A DNA stretch of 37,187 bases from positions 5,297 through 42,483 of the forward strand of contig JBBIIG010000035.1 in NCBI GenBank assembly GCA_037446635.1, read 5' to 3'. The stretch is from a bacterium (GTDB lineage Bacteria; Zhuqueibacterota; Zhuqueibacteria; Oceanimicrobiales; Oceanimicrobiaceae). A program made the position numbers and the translations under genes. Of this stretch, positions 1 to 9,970 are shown in pieces. How positions within the stretch are numbered: position 1 is the first letter of the stretch; each line of letters opens with the position of its first letter. The notes beneath the pieces are model-generated. The model searched no databases, was not told the DNA's origin, and worked only from the letters and a program-made list of their open reading frames with translations.

Positions 1-102
1 ATCTCAAGAGTTTCGCCACCAAAGAGGATCTCAAGAGTTTCGCCACCAAAGAGGACATTAAAGACGTTAAAGACGATCTCAAGAATTTCGCTACTAACGA
101 TG
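1..102 (+). repeat. 27-bp coding tandem repeat
   Basis: ATCTCAAGAGTTTCGCCACCAAAGAGG exact at 1-27 and 28-54; degenerate copy at 76-102; the array may continue beyond the window start. Confidence 0.9.
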
Positions 103-344
103 CCCTCGAAAAAGTCAGTAGGGAATTAGTTAATATTAGACAAGAGATGGCTACCAAAGCCGAACTAAACGAAGTTAAAGAGACCGTTCAACAAATTTTA
201 GTGATTGTCGATGGCATGGCAAAAACACTGGAAGATTTTCGAACCGAAAAAGTTGCAATCGAGCATACTTTTTTACGCCATGAGCATCGACTCGACGACC
301 ACGAAACCCGCATTAAGGCCTTGGAAGAAAAGGAACCACTTTAA
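3..344 (+). CDS. 5'-truncated coiled-coil protein with (D)LKSFATKE / ATKEDL-type repeats
   Basis: The frame of ORF 147..344 is open back to position 3: LKSFATKEDLKSFATKEDIKDVKDDLKNFATNDALEKVSRELVNIRQEMATKAELNEVKE...RLDDHETRIKALEEKEPL*. Stop overlaps the convergent MATE stop (TTAA 341-344). Confidence 0.75.
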   Translation, partial: LKSFATKEDLKSFATKEDIKDVKDDLKNFATNDALEKVSRELVNIRQEMATKAELNEVKETVQQILVIVDGMAKTLEDFRTEKVAIEHTFLRHEHRLDDHETRIKALEEKEPL

Positions 345-1759
345 AAATCTCTGGAACGCTCTTCACCCTCCACTACCGTTCGCGTTGCCAACACGGCACT
401 GGATCTCCCAGGTCCTAAATTTTTAGTCAGCCAATGAAAGCGCCAGTTGTGTAAAAGCGCCGCGGCTGTTAACCCAAAGATCAACCCTATCCACAATCCC
501 TCCGCGCCCCAACGATACCACACCCCGAGCACATAGCCAGTGGGCAGGCCGACGAGCCAATACGCCACCACATTGACCAGCGTCGGCACGCGCGTGTCTT
601 TCAACCCCCGCAGCGCGCCGAGACCCCCCACTTGCAGTCCGTCGGAAATTTGGAAAATGGCGGCATAGAACAGCAGTTTGATCGCGAGTTCCTGCACTGC
701 AACATCTTTGGTGTAAACCTTCACGATGAGTTCCGGTAGAGTCAACATGATGAGCGCCGTCGCGGCCATCACCAGACCGCACAACGTCACGCCAATGAAT
801 CCGATTTCGCGGGCTTGGTGGAGATCGTTTTTCCCCACCGCGAATCCCACGCGCGCGGTGGTGGCTAATGACAACCCCAGCGGCACCATAAACGTGAGCG
901 ATGCAAAATTGATAGTGATTTGATGCGCGGCCACGGCGTTCACCCCCATCGAGCCGATGATCAACGCGGCAATGGCGAACATCGACACCTCGATGCAAAT
1001 GTTGACGCCATTAGGCAGGCCGATGTGCAAAATTTCTTTTTGCAAATTCCAAATCGGCCTGCGGAAATTCTCGGCAATCTTGAACTCAGCGCGGTTGGCT
1101 TTGCGAAAAGTGAACATCGCCATGAGGCCTCCCATGAGCCACCACACGATGGCGCTGGACACGCCCGTGCCCACCGCGCCCAATTGCGGGAATCCCCAGT
1201 AGCCGTACATGAAGGCATAGTTTCCAATAATATTGGCGACAAACGCGATGAGGGCAATATACATGCTCGGCTTGGTGACCGTTAATCCCTCGTTGAAATA
1301 ACGCAGCGCGAAGTAAGCGTACGCGCCGGGTAATCCCCAAGAAATCGCCTTCAAATAGCCAACGGTGATTGGAATGATTTCCGGCTGAATGTTGAAAACG
1401 ATCAGCGGCGTTTCGGAGTAACGCACCAAAAACCAGAACGGCAGCGCCAGTATCTGGCTCAGCCAAAAAATTTGCCAGAGATAGCCGCCGATCTGAGCTC
1501 GTTTGCCAGCGCCCATTAACTGGGCGACAATCGGGTTGATGACCATCAGCGTGCCGAACACCAGCACCATGATGGGGCTGAGGATGCTGGCGCCCACGGC
1601 AATGGCGGCCAACGCTTGGGCGTTGAGCTGGCCGGCCATGACGGCGTCCACAAATCCCATGGACATTTGCAGCAGTTGCGCCGCCACCAGCGGCGCGCCG
1701 ATGCGGATGGTTTTGCGGCTCTCGTAATAAAATTTTTCTAATATCGTTGACACGGACAT
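341..1759 (-). CDS. norM: MATE family efflux transporter, NorM-like
   Basis: 472 aa, about 12 hydrophobic segments; MGFVDAVMAG, VAAHQITINFASLTFMVPLGLSLATTARVG and FQISDGLQ...GALRGLKDT motifs typical of NorM-type MATEs. Confidence 0.88.
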   Translation of the reverse strand: MSVSTILEKFYYESRKTIRIGAPLVAAQLLQMSMGFVDAVMAGQLNAQALAAIAVGASILSPIMVLVFGTLMVINPIVAQLMGAGKRAQIGGYLWQIFWLSQILALPFWFLVRYSETPLIVFNIQPEIIPITVGYLKAISWGLPGAYAYFALRYFNEGLTVTKPSMYIALIAFVANIIGNYAFMYGYWGFPQLGAVGTGVSSAIVWWLMGGLMAMFTFRKANRAEFKIAENFRRPIWNLQKEILHIGLPNGVNICIEVSMFAIAALIIGSMGVNAVAAHQITINFASLTFMVPLGLSLATTARVGFAVGKNDLHQAREIGFIGVTLCGLVMAATALIMLTLPELIVKVYTKDVAVQELAIKLLFYAAIFQISDGLQVGGLGALRGLKDTRVPTLVNVVAYWLVGLPTGYVLGVWYRWGAEGLWIGLIFGLTAAALLHNWRFHWLTKNLGPGRSSAVLATRTVVEGEERSRDF

Positions 1760-1800
1760 TTTCAGTTGAATTCAACGTAGGGGCGTATGGCCATACGGCC

Positions 1801-3264
1801 CTACGCTTTCCGCTGCTTCCAGCGGCCGCGGCGGAAAACCAGCACGCCCAGCACGCCCACCAGCGACTCCGCCAACGTAATCGCCAGGAAGACGCCGCTC
1901 TCCGCGAACCCCAATTGCATGGCAAGCAGCCAAGCCAGCGGAATTTCAAACAGCCAGAAGCAGAAGAGATTGATGATGGTGGGCGTGGTGGTATCGCCGG
2001 CGCCGTTGAACGCTTGCACCATCACCATGCCGTAGGCGTAAAACAGGTAGCCGTAACTGAGGTAGCGCAGACAGATCACGCCCACTCTGATCACTTCGGC
2101 GTCGCTGGTGAAGAGGCCAATCAAGAATTCAGGTATCGCTAAAAAGATAACAGCGATTCCGCCTAAAAACAACATGTTGATAAAAGCGGAGAGCCACACC
2201 GAGCGTTCGGCGCGTTCCGGTTTGTTGGCGCCTAAATTTTGTCCCACCAGAGTGGCGGCGGCGTTGCTCATTCCCCACGACGGCAGGATGGAAAAGATCA
2301 CCACGCGAATGGCGATGGTGTAGCCCGCCAGCGCTGCGCTGCCAAAATTGGCCACGATGCGGTAGAGGCCGATCCAACTGGATGTGGCGATGATGGATTG
2401 GCCAATCCCGCCCAGCGACAGTTGCAGAAGTCGCAAAATGGTTTTGGGCTGCAGCTTCAGATGGTGACGGCTGAATTGGATGCGACCTTTGCCGCGATAA
2501 AGCTGCAGCAACTGGTAAAGCACGCCCGTGCCGCGGCCAATGTTGGTGGCCACGGCCGCGCCGGTTACACCTAATTCCGGGAATGGTCCCCAGCCGAAAA
2601 TCAGGCAGGGGTCGAGAATGATGTTGATGCCATTGGCCAGCCACAGCACCCGCATGGAGATGGCGGCGTCGCCGGCGGCGCGAAACACCGCGTTGATGAT
2701 GAACAGCAGCATGATCACCAGGTTGCCGCCGATGAGCGTCGCGGTGTAGCCCGCGCCTATTTCAACAACGCGGCGCGAGGCGCCCATCAATCTGAGCAGC
2801 TCGGGCGCAAAAAGAATCGCCGCGGCCGAAAATGGTCTTGAGATCAATACGCCCACGATGATAGCCTGCAAGGCCGTGTTTCGCGCCTCAGCGACATTTT
2901 TTTCGCCGATGCGCCGCGCTACCATGGCCGTGGTGGCCATGCTGAAGCCAAACGCGATGGCATAGATGATGGTGAGCATCGATTCGGTCAGCCCCACTGT
3001 GGCCACGGCATCCGCGCCCAATTTCGAGACAAAGAAAATATCCACCACCGCGAAGACGGATTCCATCACCATTTCGAGGATCATCGGTACGGAAAGCAAA
3101 AAGATCGCGCGCCCGATGGCGCCCTCGGTGAAGTCCTGCTCGCTGCCGGCAATGGCTTCTCGAAGATCCTTCCGGAATTGGCGAAAGCGATTGACGGGTT
3201 GCGGTGTTAAAGGAATCGCTATTTCCGTCAATTCGTTATTGAGTGCAGTCATTGTCATTCTCAC
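1801..3264 (-). CDS. MATE family efflux transporter
   Basis: [38 protein letters not shown] and [10 protein letters not shown] motifs; the start may be ATG 3258 or 3252. Confidence 0.9.
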   Translation of the reverse strand: MRMTMTALNNELTEIAIPLTPQPVNRFRQFRKDLREAIAGSEQDFTEGAIGRAIFLLSVPMILEMVMESVFAVVDIFFVSKLGADAVATVGLTESMLTIIYAIAFGFSMATTAMVARRIGEKNVAEARNTALQAIIVGVLISRPFSAAAILFAPELLRLMGASRRVVEIGAGYTATLIGGNLVIMLLFIINAVFRAAGDAAISMRVLWLANGINIILDPCLIFGWGPFPELGVTGAAVATNIGRGTGVLYQLLQLYRGKGRIQFSRHHLKLQPKTILRLLQLSLGGIGQSIIATSSWIGLYRIVANFGSAALAGYTIAIRVVIFSILPSWGMSNAAATLVGQNLGANKPERAERSVWLSAFINMLFLGGIAVIFLAIPEFLIGLFTSDAEVIRVGVICLRYLSYGYLFYAYGMVMVQAFNGAGDTTTPTIINLFCFWLFEIPLAWLLAMQLGFAESGVFLAITLAESLVGVLGVLVFRRGRWKQRKA

Positions 3265-3417
3265 GAATTTAGATTAATGAAACTTATACGAAAGACCCCA
3301 AAAAGGTCACAAAACAGAACAATAAAAAATGAAGATGAATTGCGTTGGAAGACGGAAGGATAATTCGCAGGAAATGCTTGAGAGCGAATGAAGGAGGTAA
3401 ATCTGTAGTACGTTCTC

Positions 3418-3505
3418 ACTCGATTCTTTTTCGCGAAGCGGAGCGCTTATCTGCTCGGGCAGGGTATCCGAGAAGCCGCGAGAGGCGGGCGCAATTGAAT
3501 CGAGT
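3418..3505 (-). promoter_or_regulatory. Candidate structured 5' leader RNA upstream of the MATE pair
   Basis: A 9-bp closing stem ACTCGATTC(3418-3426)/GAATCGAGT(3497-3505) encloses hairpins AAGCG/CGCTT, CTCGG/CCGAG and GCC/GGC. Confidence 0.3.
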
Positions 3506-3522
3506 TTCAGCAAATCCGCGAA

Positions 3523-3567
3523 TCATCTACTTCCGACCAAATCGACACTGACGAAAGTAGGTCGCAT
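3523..3567 (-). CDS. Putative 14-aa leader peptide MRPTFVSVDLVGSR
   Basis: Minus strand reads TAAGGAGAGAAAC-ATG (strong SD), TGA stop at 3523-3525; lies just downstream of a sigma70-like promoter. Confidence 0.4.
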   Translation of the reverse strand: MRPTFVSVDLVGSR

Positions 3568-3609
3568 GTTTCTCTCCTTAAAATTTTTGGTTCAAAAATA
3601 TGATTGGCT

Positions 3610-3637
3610 ATTTTAACAAAAAATTTCTCAAAAGCAA
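3610..3637 (-). promoter_or_regulatory. sigma70-like promoter for the leader/MATE transcript
   Basis: Minus strand TTGCTT-N16-TAAAAT with an extended -10 TG, in an AT-rich intergenic region. Confidence 0.45.
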
Positions 3638-3699
3638 CGAAAAATTTTCCATAGTAAAAGTATTTTTGATTTAGTGTAGTTCTCGAATCCAAATGGTAC

Positions 3700-4314
3700 T
3701 CAAGCGAGCGCCATCCAAGCTGCAAGTGCGGCCATCTTCTCATCCACGCGCCATGACCCACTCCAGGAGCGGCCAAAATCTAATACCGCGCGTTTTAATT
3801 CCTCCTCCGATCGCGATAAAACTTCCGCGGCCCTCGAGTAGCCGTTTCGTTCCACAACAACCAGACAGGACAACCCACAAGAACGGAGGGCGTCCTCAAG
3901 CATGGTCCTGAACAACTGCCCCTCAAGAGCATGTGCGCGTATGTGGGGATTCTTGATCAAAGTCGGATCGATTTGGCTACCAACAATCAGACCCGCGCCG
4001 CTGATATTGTAACCCGTTTCTTGATAGTTTTTGAACAGGCTCGTCACGGACTGCATAGTAACCCGCTGGACGATCCTCGTTCGCCGTTTTATTACGGAGC
4101 TATCCACTTCGAGCTTTCCAAATCCTGCATGATACGGCTGCCTTGATTCGGGAACGGAGGGATCGGATAGCTCGATGACGCGAACATCCAGCACTTTGGG
4201 CGACTGCACTGGACCAAGCAACAAAACGGTCGCGGCCCAACCCGATTTCACACGGAACCCAACGGCCGCCTTGGCCGATTTCGTTACGCGCGGCACTGTT
4301 TTACCTTTTAGCAA
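3700..4314 (-). CDS. Hypothetical protein
   Basis: 204-aa ORF abutting the upstream gene's stop; N-terminal AAVGFRVKSGWAATVLL; alternative start GTG 4296. Confidence 0.7.
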   Translation of the reverse strand: MLKGKTVPRVTKSAKAAVGFRVKSGWAATVLLLGPVQSPKVLDVRVIELSDPSVPESRQPYHAGFGKLEVDSSVIKRRTRIVQRVTMQSVTSLFKNYQETGYNISGAGLIVGSQIDPTLIKNPHIRAHALEGQLFRTMLEDALRSCGLSCLVVVERNGYSRAAEVLSRSEEELKRAVLDFGRSWSGSWRVDEKMAALAAWMALA

Positions 4315-5456
4315 GTAACCTTAATTTCCAACCCCCGGCGCGCCATTTCCGCGATATACCTTTCGGAATCAATCTCTCGTTCCAAACGAATGCTGCCAGC
4401 GGGCGCTTCGCCGTTGGCCAGCATGATGCCCACCATCGCGGCGCCGAAGCCGGTGGTGCGCTGCATGGCGGTGAAGCCGGTGGCGTCGTCGTAAAAATCC
4501 ATCAGCTCAAAAACCATTTTTTCGGATTCCCCTTCCACTACTACTTTTAAAACGACCACGTCTTTTGGATCACCGGATTCTAACTTTGGGCCCGCCGCCG
4601 CGTGGAACACCTTTCGTGGCACAACATATTTGCCGTCCACTTTCACCGGTTTCAAATCCAGCAAACCGAGATCGTAAATGGTTTTCATTTTCTCATAGTG
4701 CCCGGGATAGCGTACGGTCTTTTCAAAATATTCGTCAAGCTTTCCTTCGAAGGTCCACGGGCAGGTGGAGGTGCCGCCGTAGGTGGTGAAGGCCTCGCAC
4801 TTGCCGACGGGCGGGGGGAATTCGATCTGCTCCAACTCGGTGAAGGTCTCGGCGACGGTGAGCTTGCCGTCCCGCAAAATGTGCGCTTTGCCAAAATACT
4901 CGTTGGTGAGTCCTGCAATGTTGAAAAAAAGCCGGTAGCCCAGTGGCGGCTGAGGATTTTGCGGCAAGCCGCCGACGTAAATTTTTGCCCGCTTGGGATT
5001 CTTGAGTTGTCGAATGCCGTGGGCCGCCAGAATGTTGGCCATGCCCGGGGCCAGCCCGCAATCCGGCGCGATGGTCACGCCGGCTTTTTTCGCGGCGTTG
5101 TGGAGCTTGTGCTGCTGCCACACCACGTCGGTGTTGCCGCCGAGGTCGCAGAAGTGGCAGCCGGCCGCGATGGCAATGCGCGCAAGTGCAACGTTAAAAT
5201 AATACGGCACGGCGCTCAAACAGACGTCCGCGCTTTTCAAAAGCTGGCGCACTTGCCGTTCGCTCTTCACGTTGATTTTGACGTGGCGAACGATTTTGGA
5301 CTTCAGCAGCTTGTTGAGCCGGCCCGCGGCTTTTTTAGCGACGGCTTCGTTCACGTCCGCCAGCACAATTCGGCCGGCGTCGCCGAAGCGTGCAAAATCG
5401 TAAGCGGCGGCCGCGCCCTGCAGGCCGGCGCCGAGGATGACATAGTTTTTTGTCAT
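4308..5456 (-). CDS. Saccharopine dehydrogenase / lysine 6-dehydrogenase family oxidoreductase
   Basis: Rossmann ILGAGLQG, DLGGN, PDCGLAPG, YVGGLPQNP, KTVRYPGH and AMQRTTGF motifs. Start set at ATG 5456 because the longer ORF start runs through a repeat. Confidence 0.88.
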   Translation of the reverse strand: MTKNYVILGAGLQGAAAAYDFARFGDAGRIVLADVNEAVAKKAAGRLNKLLKSKIVRHVKINVKSERQVRQLLKSADVCLSAVPYYFNVALARIAIAAGCHFCDLGGNTDVVWQQHKLHNAAKKAGVTIAPDCGLAPGMANILAAHGIRQLKNPKRAKIYVGGLPQNPQPPLGYRLFFNIAGLTNEYFGKAHILRDGKLTVAETFTELEQIEFPPPVGKCEAFTTYGGTSTCPWTFEGKLDEYFEKTVRYPGHYEKMKTIYDLGLLDLKPVKVDGKYVVPRKVFHAAAGPKLESGDPKDVVVLKVVVEGESEKMVFELMDFYDDATGFTAMQRTTGFGAAMVGIMLANGEAPAGSIRLEREIDSERYIAEMARRGLEIKVTC

Positions 5457-5475
5457 TTTTGTTCTTCGTCCTTCT

Positions 5476-5577
5476 CTCACGCAAAGCCCGCTTAGGAGCG
5501 GCAAAGCAGTCATGTTGCTCAGGATCGCGAAGAAAAAATCTTCACACTATCTTTGCGTCTCTGCGTCTTTGCGTGAG
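5476..5577. repeat. REP-like inverted repeat, CTCACGCAAAG...CTTTGCGTGAG family
   Basis: 11-bp perfect terminal inverted repeat with internal CTTTGCGT/CTCTGCGT reiterations; related copies at 18435-18526 and 18634-18702. Confidence 0.7.
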
Positions 5578-5622
5578 TCTAGTTGGGTTGCCTGCCGGTA
5601 CATACTCAAAGTTTAACTAACG

Positions 5623-6486
5623 CTAATTTGACGTGCCGGTTTTATACAAATGAATCTGGCCGGCGTAGAGAGTGAGCCGCAGCCCCATACGCAAGATCAT
5701 ATAAAATTGCTGCGTGAAAAACAGCAAGGCTACAATTACCACGGCGGGGGCCGCCAGTAAATTGGCGACGGGATTGTAAATCGCCAGAATCGATCCGCCG
5801 ATCACAAACAGCAGCGCCGCGAACCCAAACGTGCGTTTGAAATTTTCGAACGCAAACCGGAAGCCGCGCCAGAGGGAGGTGCGCATATTGCGCTCATCCG
5901 TCAAAACCGTGTGGATGCGCGCGTAATCCAACACCATCCCAAAAAGCAGAAAGCTAACGAACCCCAAACCCAATTGCAGCCAGCGGCCCCAATACGTGAT
6001 GTACTGATACGGGTCGCTGCCAAAAAACAGCCGCTGCAGCGCCTTCGCCAGCAAAGGCAGGGCAAAGAAAACCGCCAGCAGGGGCAGACTCCAAATTGCC
6101 AATCGGATAAAGCGGCCAAAGAATCGCCCGCAGTTTCCCCAGAAAATTGGTGAGGAGTATTTTTCGTTGTGTGCGAAAATCGCCAACGCCCCGCCGGATA
6201 AAAAGAGCAGAAAGAGCCAATAAACCGCCGGCACGAAAAGAATCAATCCTCGCATCACGTCTAAAAAGGAATCTTTGTGGAGGAGCAGCTCGAACAAAAA
6301 ATCCATGTCGAGGCGGTCGGCAAGCTTGGCGCCCATCAAACGGTAACCCACGAACTCATCGATGATGGCGCGCAAGGGCAGAATGACGATCAGTCCTAAA
6401 ATCAAATTGGTGAGATAAAAAATTAAAATCAGTCGTTTGTTGGCGAACGTTTTTTGTATTGCAGATTTCAGGCTGGCAAGGATCAT
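5623..6486 (-). CDS. Multi-pass membrane protein downstream of an M1 peptidase
   Basis: About 6 hydrophobic segments; SD AAAGGA before ATG 6486. Confidence 0.8.
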   Translation of the reverse strand: MILASLKSAIQKTFANKRLILIFYLTNLILGLIVILPLRAIIDEFVGYRLMGAKLADRLDMDFLFELLLHKDSFLDVMRGLILFVPAVYWLFLLFLSGGALAIFAHNEKYSSPIFWGNCGRFFGRFIRLAIWSLPLLAVFFALPLLAKALQRLFFGSDPYQYITYWGRWLQLGLGFVSFLLFGMVLDYARIHTVLTDERNMRTSLWRGFRFAFENFKRTFGFAALLFVIGGSILAIYNPVANLLAAPAVVIVALLFFTQQFYMILRMGLRLTLYAGQIHLYKTGTSN

Positions 6487-6527
6487 ATTTTTCCTTTCAT
6501 TTACTTGCGGGCAAGACACATCGCCAA

Positions 6528-8606
6528 TCAAAGCACGTCCCTGAAAAGCGAATAGAAGTTTAGAACTTCCGGCTGCTCCATTAGAAACTGCATCCAGAAC
6601 AGCAGCCGCGCCGAAAGCTTGTTCACCCCCAGGCGCTGCTTTTTGACGGTCTTGCTGTTGTTGGTGAAGTTGATGTCCAGCAAAATTTTGTTGTCTGGAT
6701 CAACCGCTGCATAAACCAGTCGCGCCGGTTTGCGGTAGCGATATTTTTTCCATAACTCCTGCCCGTCCCAGTGTTCACGAATCGTGTCCCCATTCGCAAA
6801 CACCACTTCGATTTCCACCGGCATTTTGAAATCCCCCAGCCGGCGCACGGTCACCGTGCTTTCAAATTCTGCTTCCGTCGAACTCTTTGAGTCCGCATCT
6901 CCGCCGGCCGTCGTATCTTCATCGCTGTTCATCATGAAATCAAATCCGCGCGGAGATTTCACTTCCCGCGTCGAGCTCGCGGCAATGGTGTAGTCGATGT
7001 GAGCGTTGCTGTAAAACGCCGGCTCGATGAACCAACTCATGTCCTGCCCCGCAACTTCGTTGACGATGTCGAAGAAATCCTGCGACTTGGGATGCTTGAA
7101 GCGCCAGCGCACGAAGTAGGTGCGCATGATTTCGCCCATGGCTTGTTCGCCAAGATAGTTTTTCAGCGTTATGAGAATCAGCCCCGGCTTTGAATAGGAA
7201 TTGGTGGCGTAGCTGCCGGTGGAATAATACTCCCAGGCGCGGCGGATGGTGGGATCGCGATCGTAGCCGCTGATGTAGCGCGCGCGATGAAATTGTTGAG
7301 TGTTTAATTTGACGCCGAGAAGATCAATCATGTCGCCGGCCGGGCCGTAGAGGTCGTTCATAATTTCAATTTCACTAAACGTATTGATGCCTTCGTCCAG
7401 CCAGCTTTCCTCGAATTCGTTGGAGGCGAGCAGGTGGTACCAATAATTATGTCCGAACTCGTGAATGATGACCAGCTCCGGCAACCTCAGCCTCTCGGGC
7501 ATGCCGTAAACCGTGCCGGCGGTGATGAGGGTGGGATATTCCATGCCGGCGGAGCCCATGGCGCCACGCCGCGGATCCACCACCGTGAGATTGGGGAAGG
7601 GATAATCGCCATAAAAATGCTGGAAATATTCTATAGAAAGGATCGCCGCTTCCACATGACGGCGCCCCTGCTGCGCGTGGTCGGGCTGCATCAAAACCCG
7701 GATCTTTGTGTCGTGAGTCTGGCCTTTAAATTCTACAAATTCCGGGCTGGTAGTCCACGCAAAGTCATGCACGTCTTCGGCGTGATAAAAATGAGTGGCC
7801 GTGCCGTCGCCATTTTTCGTTACCGAAACTTCCACGCCGGTGGCGCCCACGATGTTTTTTTCGGGCACGGTGATCCAGACATTGTACACCCCGAAGTCCG
7901 CAAAGAATTCGGAATTGGCGTGGAACTGGTGGGTGTTCCATTTGCCGTCGATGTAAACCCCGACTTTTGGAAACCACTGGCCGATCATAAAATATTCTTC
8001 CTTCGCTCCGGTGCGGGCGAACGGCGGGGTAGGAAGCTGCGCCAGAAAATCGATATGCAGCGCGATGAACTCGCCGGGCGGCAGCGGTCGCGGCAGCGGA
8101 ATGCGGAACACGGTTTGGTCGTGCACGTTACTGTCGTCGGGTTGAATGAATTGCATCTGCTCAGTGACCTCCACGGCTTGGGCGAGCAACTCCGGCGCTT
8201 CGCTGGGATGAACATCTCGCAATCTGTGCAGCAAATCTTTGTCGTATACAACAGCGATCTTTTTGACCTCCGAAAAACCCCAGCCGCCTTTCTCAATATA
8301 GTGGCCGCGCAATTGGCCACCAGACTCTTTCATGAAGGTGGATTCGCTGTTGCGAAAGGCGTTGAGGTAGAGGTGAAACTGCAGCTCGGTGATGACATCG
8401 GAGCTTTGGTTGTGCCAAATGAGGACTTGCTTGCCGAAGAGTTTTCGCGTATCGGCCTCCAACCGCACATCGATGTTGTAATTGGCCATGCGCGGACTAA
8501 GTGGCGGGTCAAAGAGTACTGGGATGTTTTGCGAGAGTGCTGGTTGATAAAATAACGTCAGTAACACAATAACAAGTAGCGCGCGAAAGCCTTGTACTCC
8601 AATCAT
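6528..8606 (-). CDS. Exported M1 family zinc metallopeptidase
   Basis: Signal peptide; GMEYP motif; HEFGH-x18-E (LDEG) zinc motif; YSKP tyrosine; SD GGAGGAG. Confidence 0.92.
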   Translation of the reverse strand: MIGVQGFRALLVIVLLTLFYQPALSQNIPVLFDPPLSPRMANYNIDVRLEADTRKLFGKQVLIWHNQSSDVITELQFHLYLNAFRNSESTFMKESGGQLRGHYIEKGGWGFSEVKKIAVVYDKDLLHRLRDVHPSEAPELLAQAVEVTEQMQFIQPDDSNVHDQTVFRIPLPRPLPPGEFIALHIDFLAQLPTPPFARTGAKEEYFMIGQWFPKVGVYIDGKWNTHQFHANSEFFADFGVYNVWITVPEKNIVGATGVEVSVTKNGDGTATHFYHAEDVHDFAWTTSPEFVEFKGQTHDTKIRVLMQPDHAQQGRRHVEAAILSIEYFQHFYGDYPFPNLTVVDPRRGAMGSAGMEYPTLITAGTVYGMPERLRLPELVIIHEFGHNYWYHLLASNEFEESWLDEGINTFSEIEIMNDLYGPAGDMIDLLGVKLNTQQFHRARYISGYDRDPTIRRAWEYYSTGSYATNSYSKPGLILITLKNYLGEQAMGEIMRTYFVRWRFKHPKSQDFFDIVNEVAGQDMSWFIEPAFYSNAHIDYTIAASSTREVKSPRGFDFMMNSDEDTTAGGDADSKSSTEAEFESTVTVRRLGDFKMPVEIEVVFANGDTIREHWDGQELWKKYRYRKPARLVYAAVDPDNKILLDINFTNNSKTVKKQRLGVNKLSARLLFWMQFLMEQPEVLNFYSLFRDVL

Positions 8607-8653
8607 CTCCTCCTCCGAATGCGGTGTGATTTATTTCTCCTTTATAAATTTTA

Positions 8654-9205
8654 TCAACCATTTGCCTTTGCCAGCGCCACCAATTGATTCACCGTTTTCC
8701 AATTGCGGGTGGTTGCTTTTACCTGCAGTTTGCTTTCAAAAAAGGTATTGGAGAGTTTGCTGGTGCCGTAACCGTTTGGACAATACAAATAAACTTCCTT
8801 TCCCAGAATGATGAATTTGTCCGCGCTGTAATCAAGATCCTTTGTGAGTTTGATTCTATCGGCGCTCGGAGCTTCTTCGAGAAACGTCACGTGCAGCTTT
8901 TCAACGTCGATGTTTTTTTCTTTTAGCAGCGGATTGGCCGCGAGCACGTTCTTCATTTCATCAACCGTTCGGATGATCACCGGCACCTCGAAACCATATT
9001 TTTTGAAAATCGCTTCTTCGATTTTTTGCGCGAGCTGTTTGCCGGCGAGCGGCTTTCCAGTGTTGCAGATCACGTTGCCGCTTTGGATGTAGGTGGTCAC
9101 GTTTTTAAATCCCAGCCCTTCGTATAGGGCCTTCAAATCTGTCATCAGAATTTTCTTTTGCCCGCTGACGTTGATGCCGCGCAGAATTGAAATGTAAGTC
9201 GCCAA
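8654..9205 (-). CDS. DUF1697 family protein
   Basis: LRGINVSG, VTTYIQSGN and TTRNWKT motifs; TTG start. Confidence 0.88.
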   Translation of the reverse strand: MATYISILRGINVSGQKKILMTDLKALYEGLGFKNVTTYIQSGNVICNTGKPLAGKQLAQKIEEAIFKKYGFEVPVIIRTVDEMKNVLAANPLLKEKNIDVEKLHVTFLEEAPSADRIKLTKDLDYSADKFIILGKEVYLYCPNGYGTSKLSNTFFESKLQVKATTRNWKTVNQLVALAKANG

Positions 9206-9508
9206 TTTATGATGCCTGATTTTTCCGTTAATGTTAAGCGCAAGCGGCGCATTCTAAAAATGAGGAGAAGCGGAAGCAGTTTACAATTTGCAGAGACATT
9301 TGTCAAATAATTTTTGTGTTCGTGAAAAAATACTGGCATTTTTGATTTGAATCTCCTATCTTTGCTTTATCAAACAGGAATATGCCAGCCCTCCATAACT
9401 GCTGATAAAAGATCATCCCGCTTATTTCTGCCCCCGATTTTATCCGCGTTAATGTCTGACATGTTTCTTTTTGTTGCTGGGTTTACCAAAAAAAATTAGG
9501 AGAAAATC

Positions 9509-9937
9509 ATGTCACAAGCGAAATTAGGCGACACCGTTCGCGTCCACTATACCGGAAAACTGAATGACGGCAGTGTATTTGACACCTCATTTGACGGCGA
9601 GCCAATTGAATACAAAATCGGCGAAGGACGGCTCATCGCCGGCTTTGAGCAGGCGGTCATTGGAATGGAACCTGGTGAAACCAAGATCGCCGTGATTTCT
9701 GCGGATGATGCCTACGGGCAGTACCGCGAAGAGATGGTAATCGAAGTTGAACGAAACCAACTGCCATCGCATTTGAAGTTAGAGATTGGTCAGACGCTGC
9801 AAAGCGTCCAGCAGGACGGCCAGCTCATCCGGTTTCTGGTTACCGACTTAAACGAGGAGACCGTTACACTGGACGCCAACCACCCGCTCGCCGGCGAAGT
9901 GTTGACCTTTGATATCCAATTAGTTGAGATCGTTTAG
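9509..9937 (+). CDS. FKBP-type peptidyl-prolyl isomerase (short SlyD/FkpB type, no His-rich tail)
   Basis: VRVHYTGKLNDGSVFDTS, GFEQAVIGM and LDANHPLAG motifs; SD AGGAG. Confidence 0.93.
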   Translation: MSQAKLGDTVRVHYTGKLNDGSVFDTSFDGEPIEYKIGEGRLIAGFEQAVIGMEPGETKIAVISADDAYGQYREEMVIEVERNQLPSHLKLEIGQTLQSVQQDGQLIRFLVTDLNEETVTLDANHPLAGEVLTFDIQLVEIV

Positions 9938-9970
9938 TTTTAATAAATCACAAACGCAGAGGTTTAAATC

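Noticed and set aside
3418..3505. tRNA gene
   Set aside because: Cloverleaf-like pairing, but no T-loop GTTC motif, D-loop consensus or canonical arm lengths.
3307..3567. Selenocysteine read-through joining the 14-aa uORF to ORF 3307..3513
   Set aside because: The frames match, but there is no redox motif or recognisable fold around the TGA, unlike the glutaredoxin case.
9340..9364. Bacteroidetes-type TAnnTTTG promoter
   Set aside because: TATCTTTG is present, but the upstream TTTG is not at the expected spacing; too weak to call.
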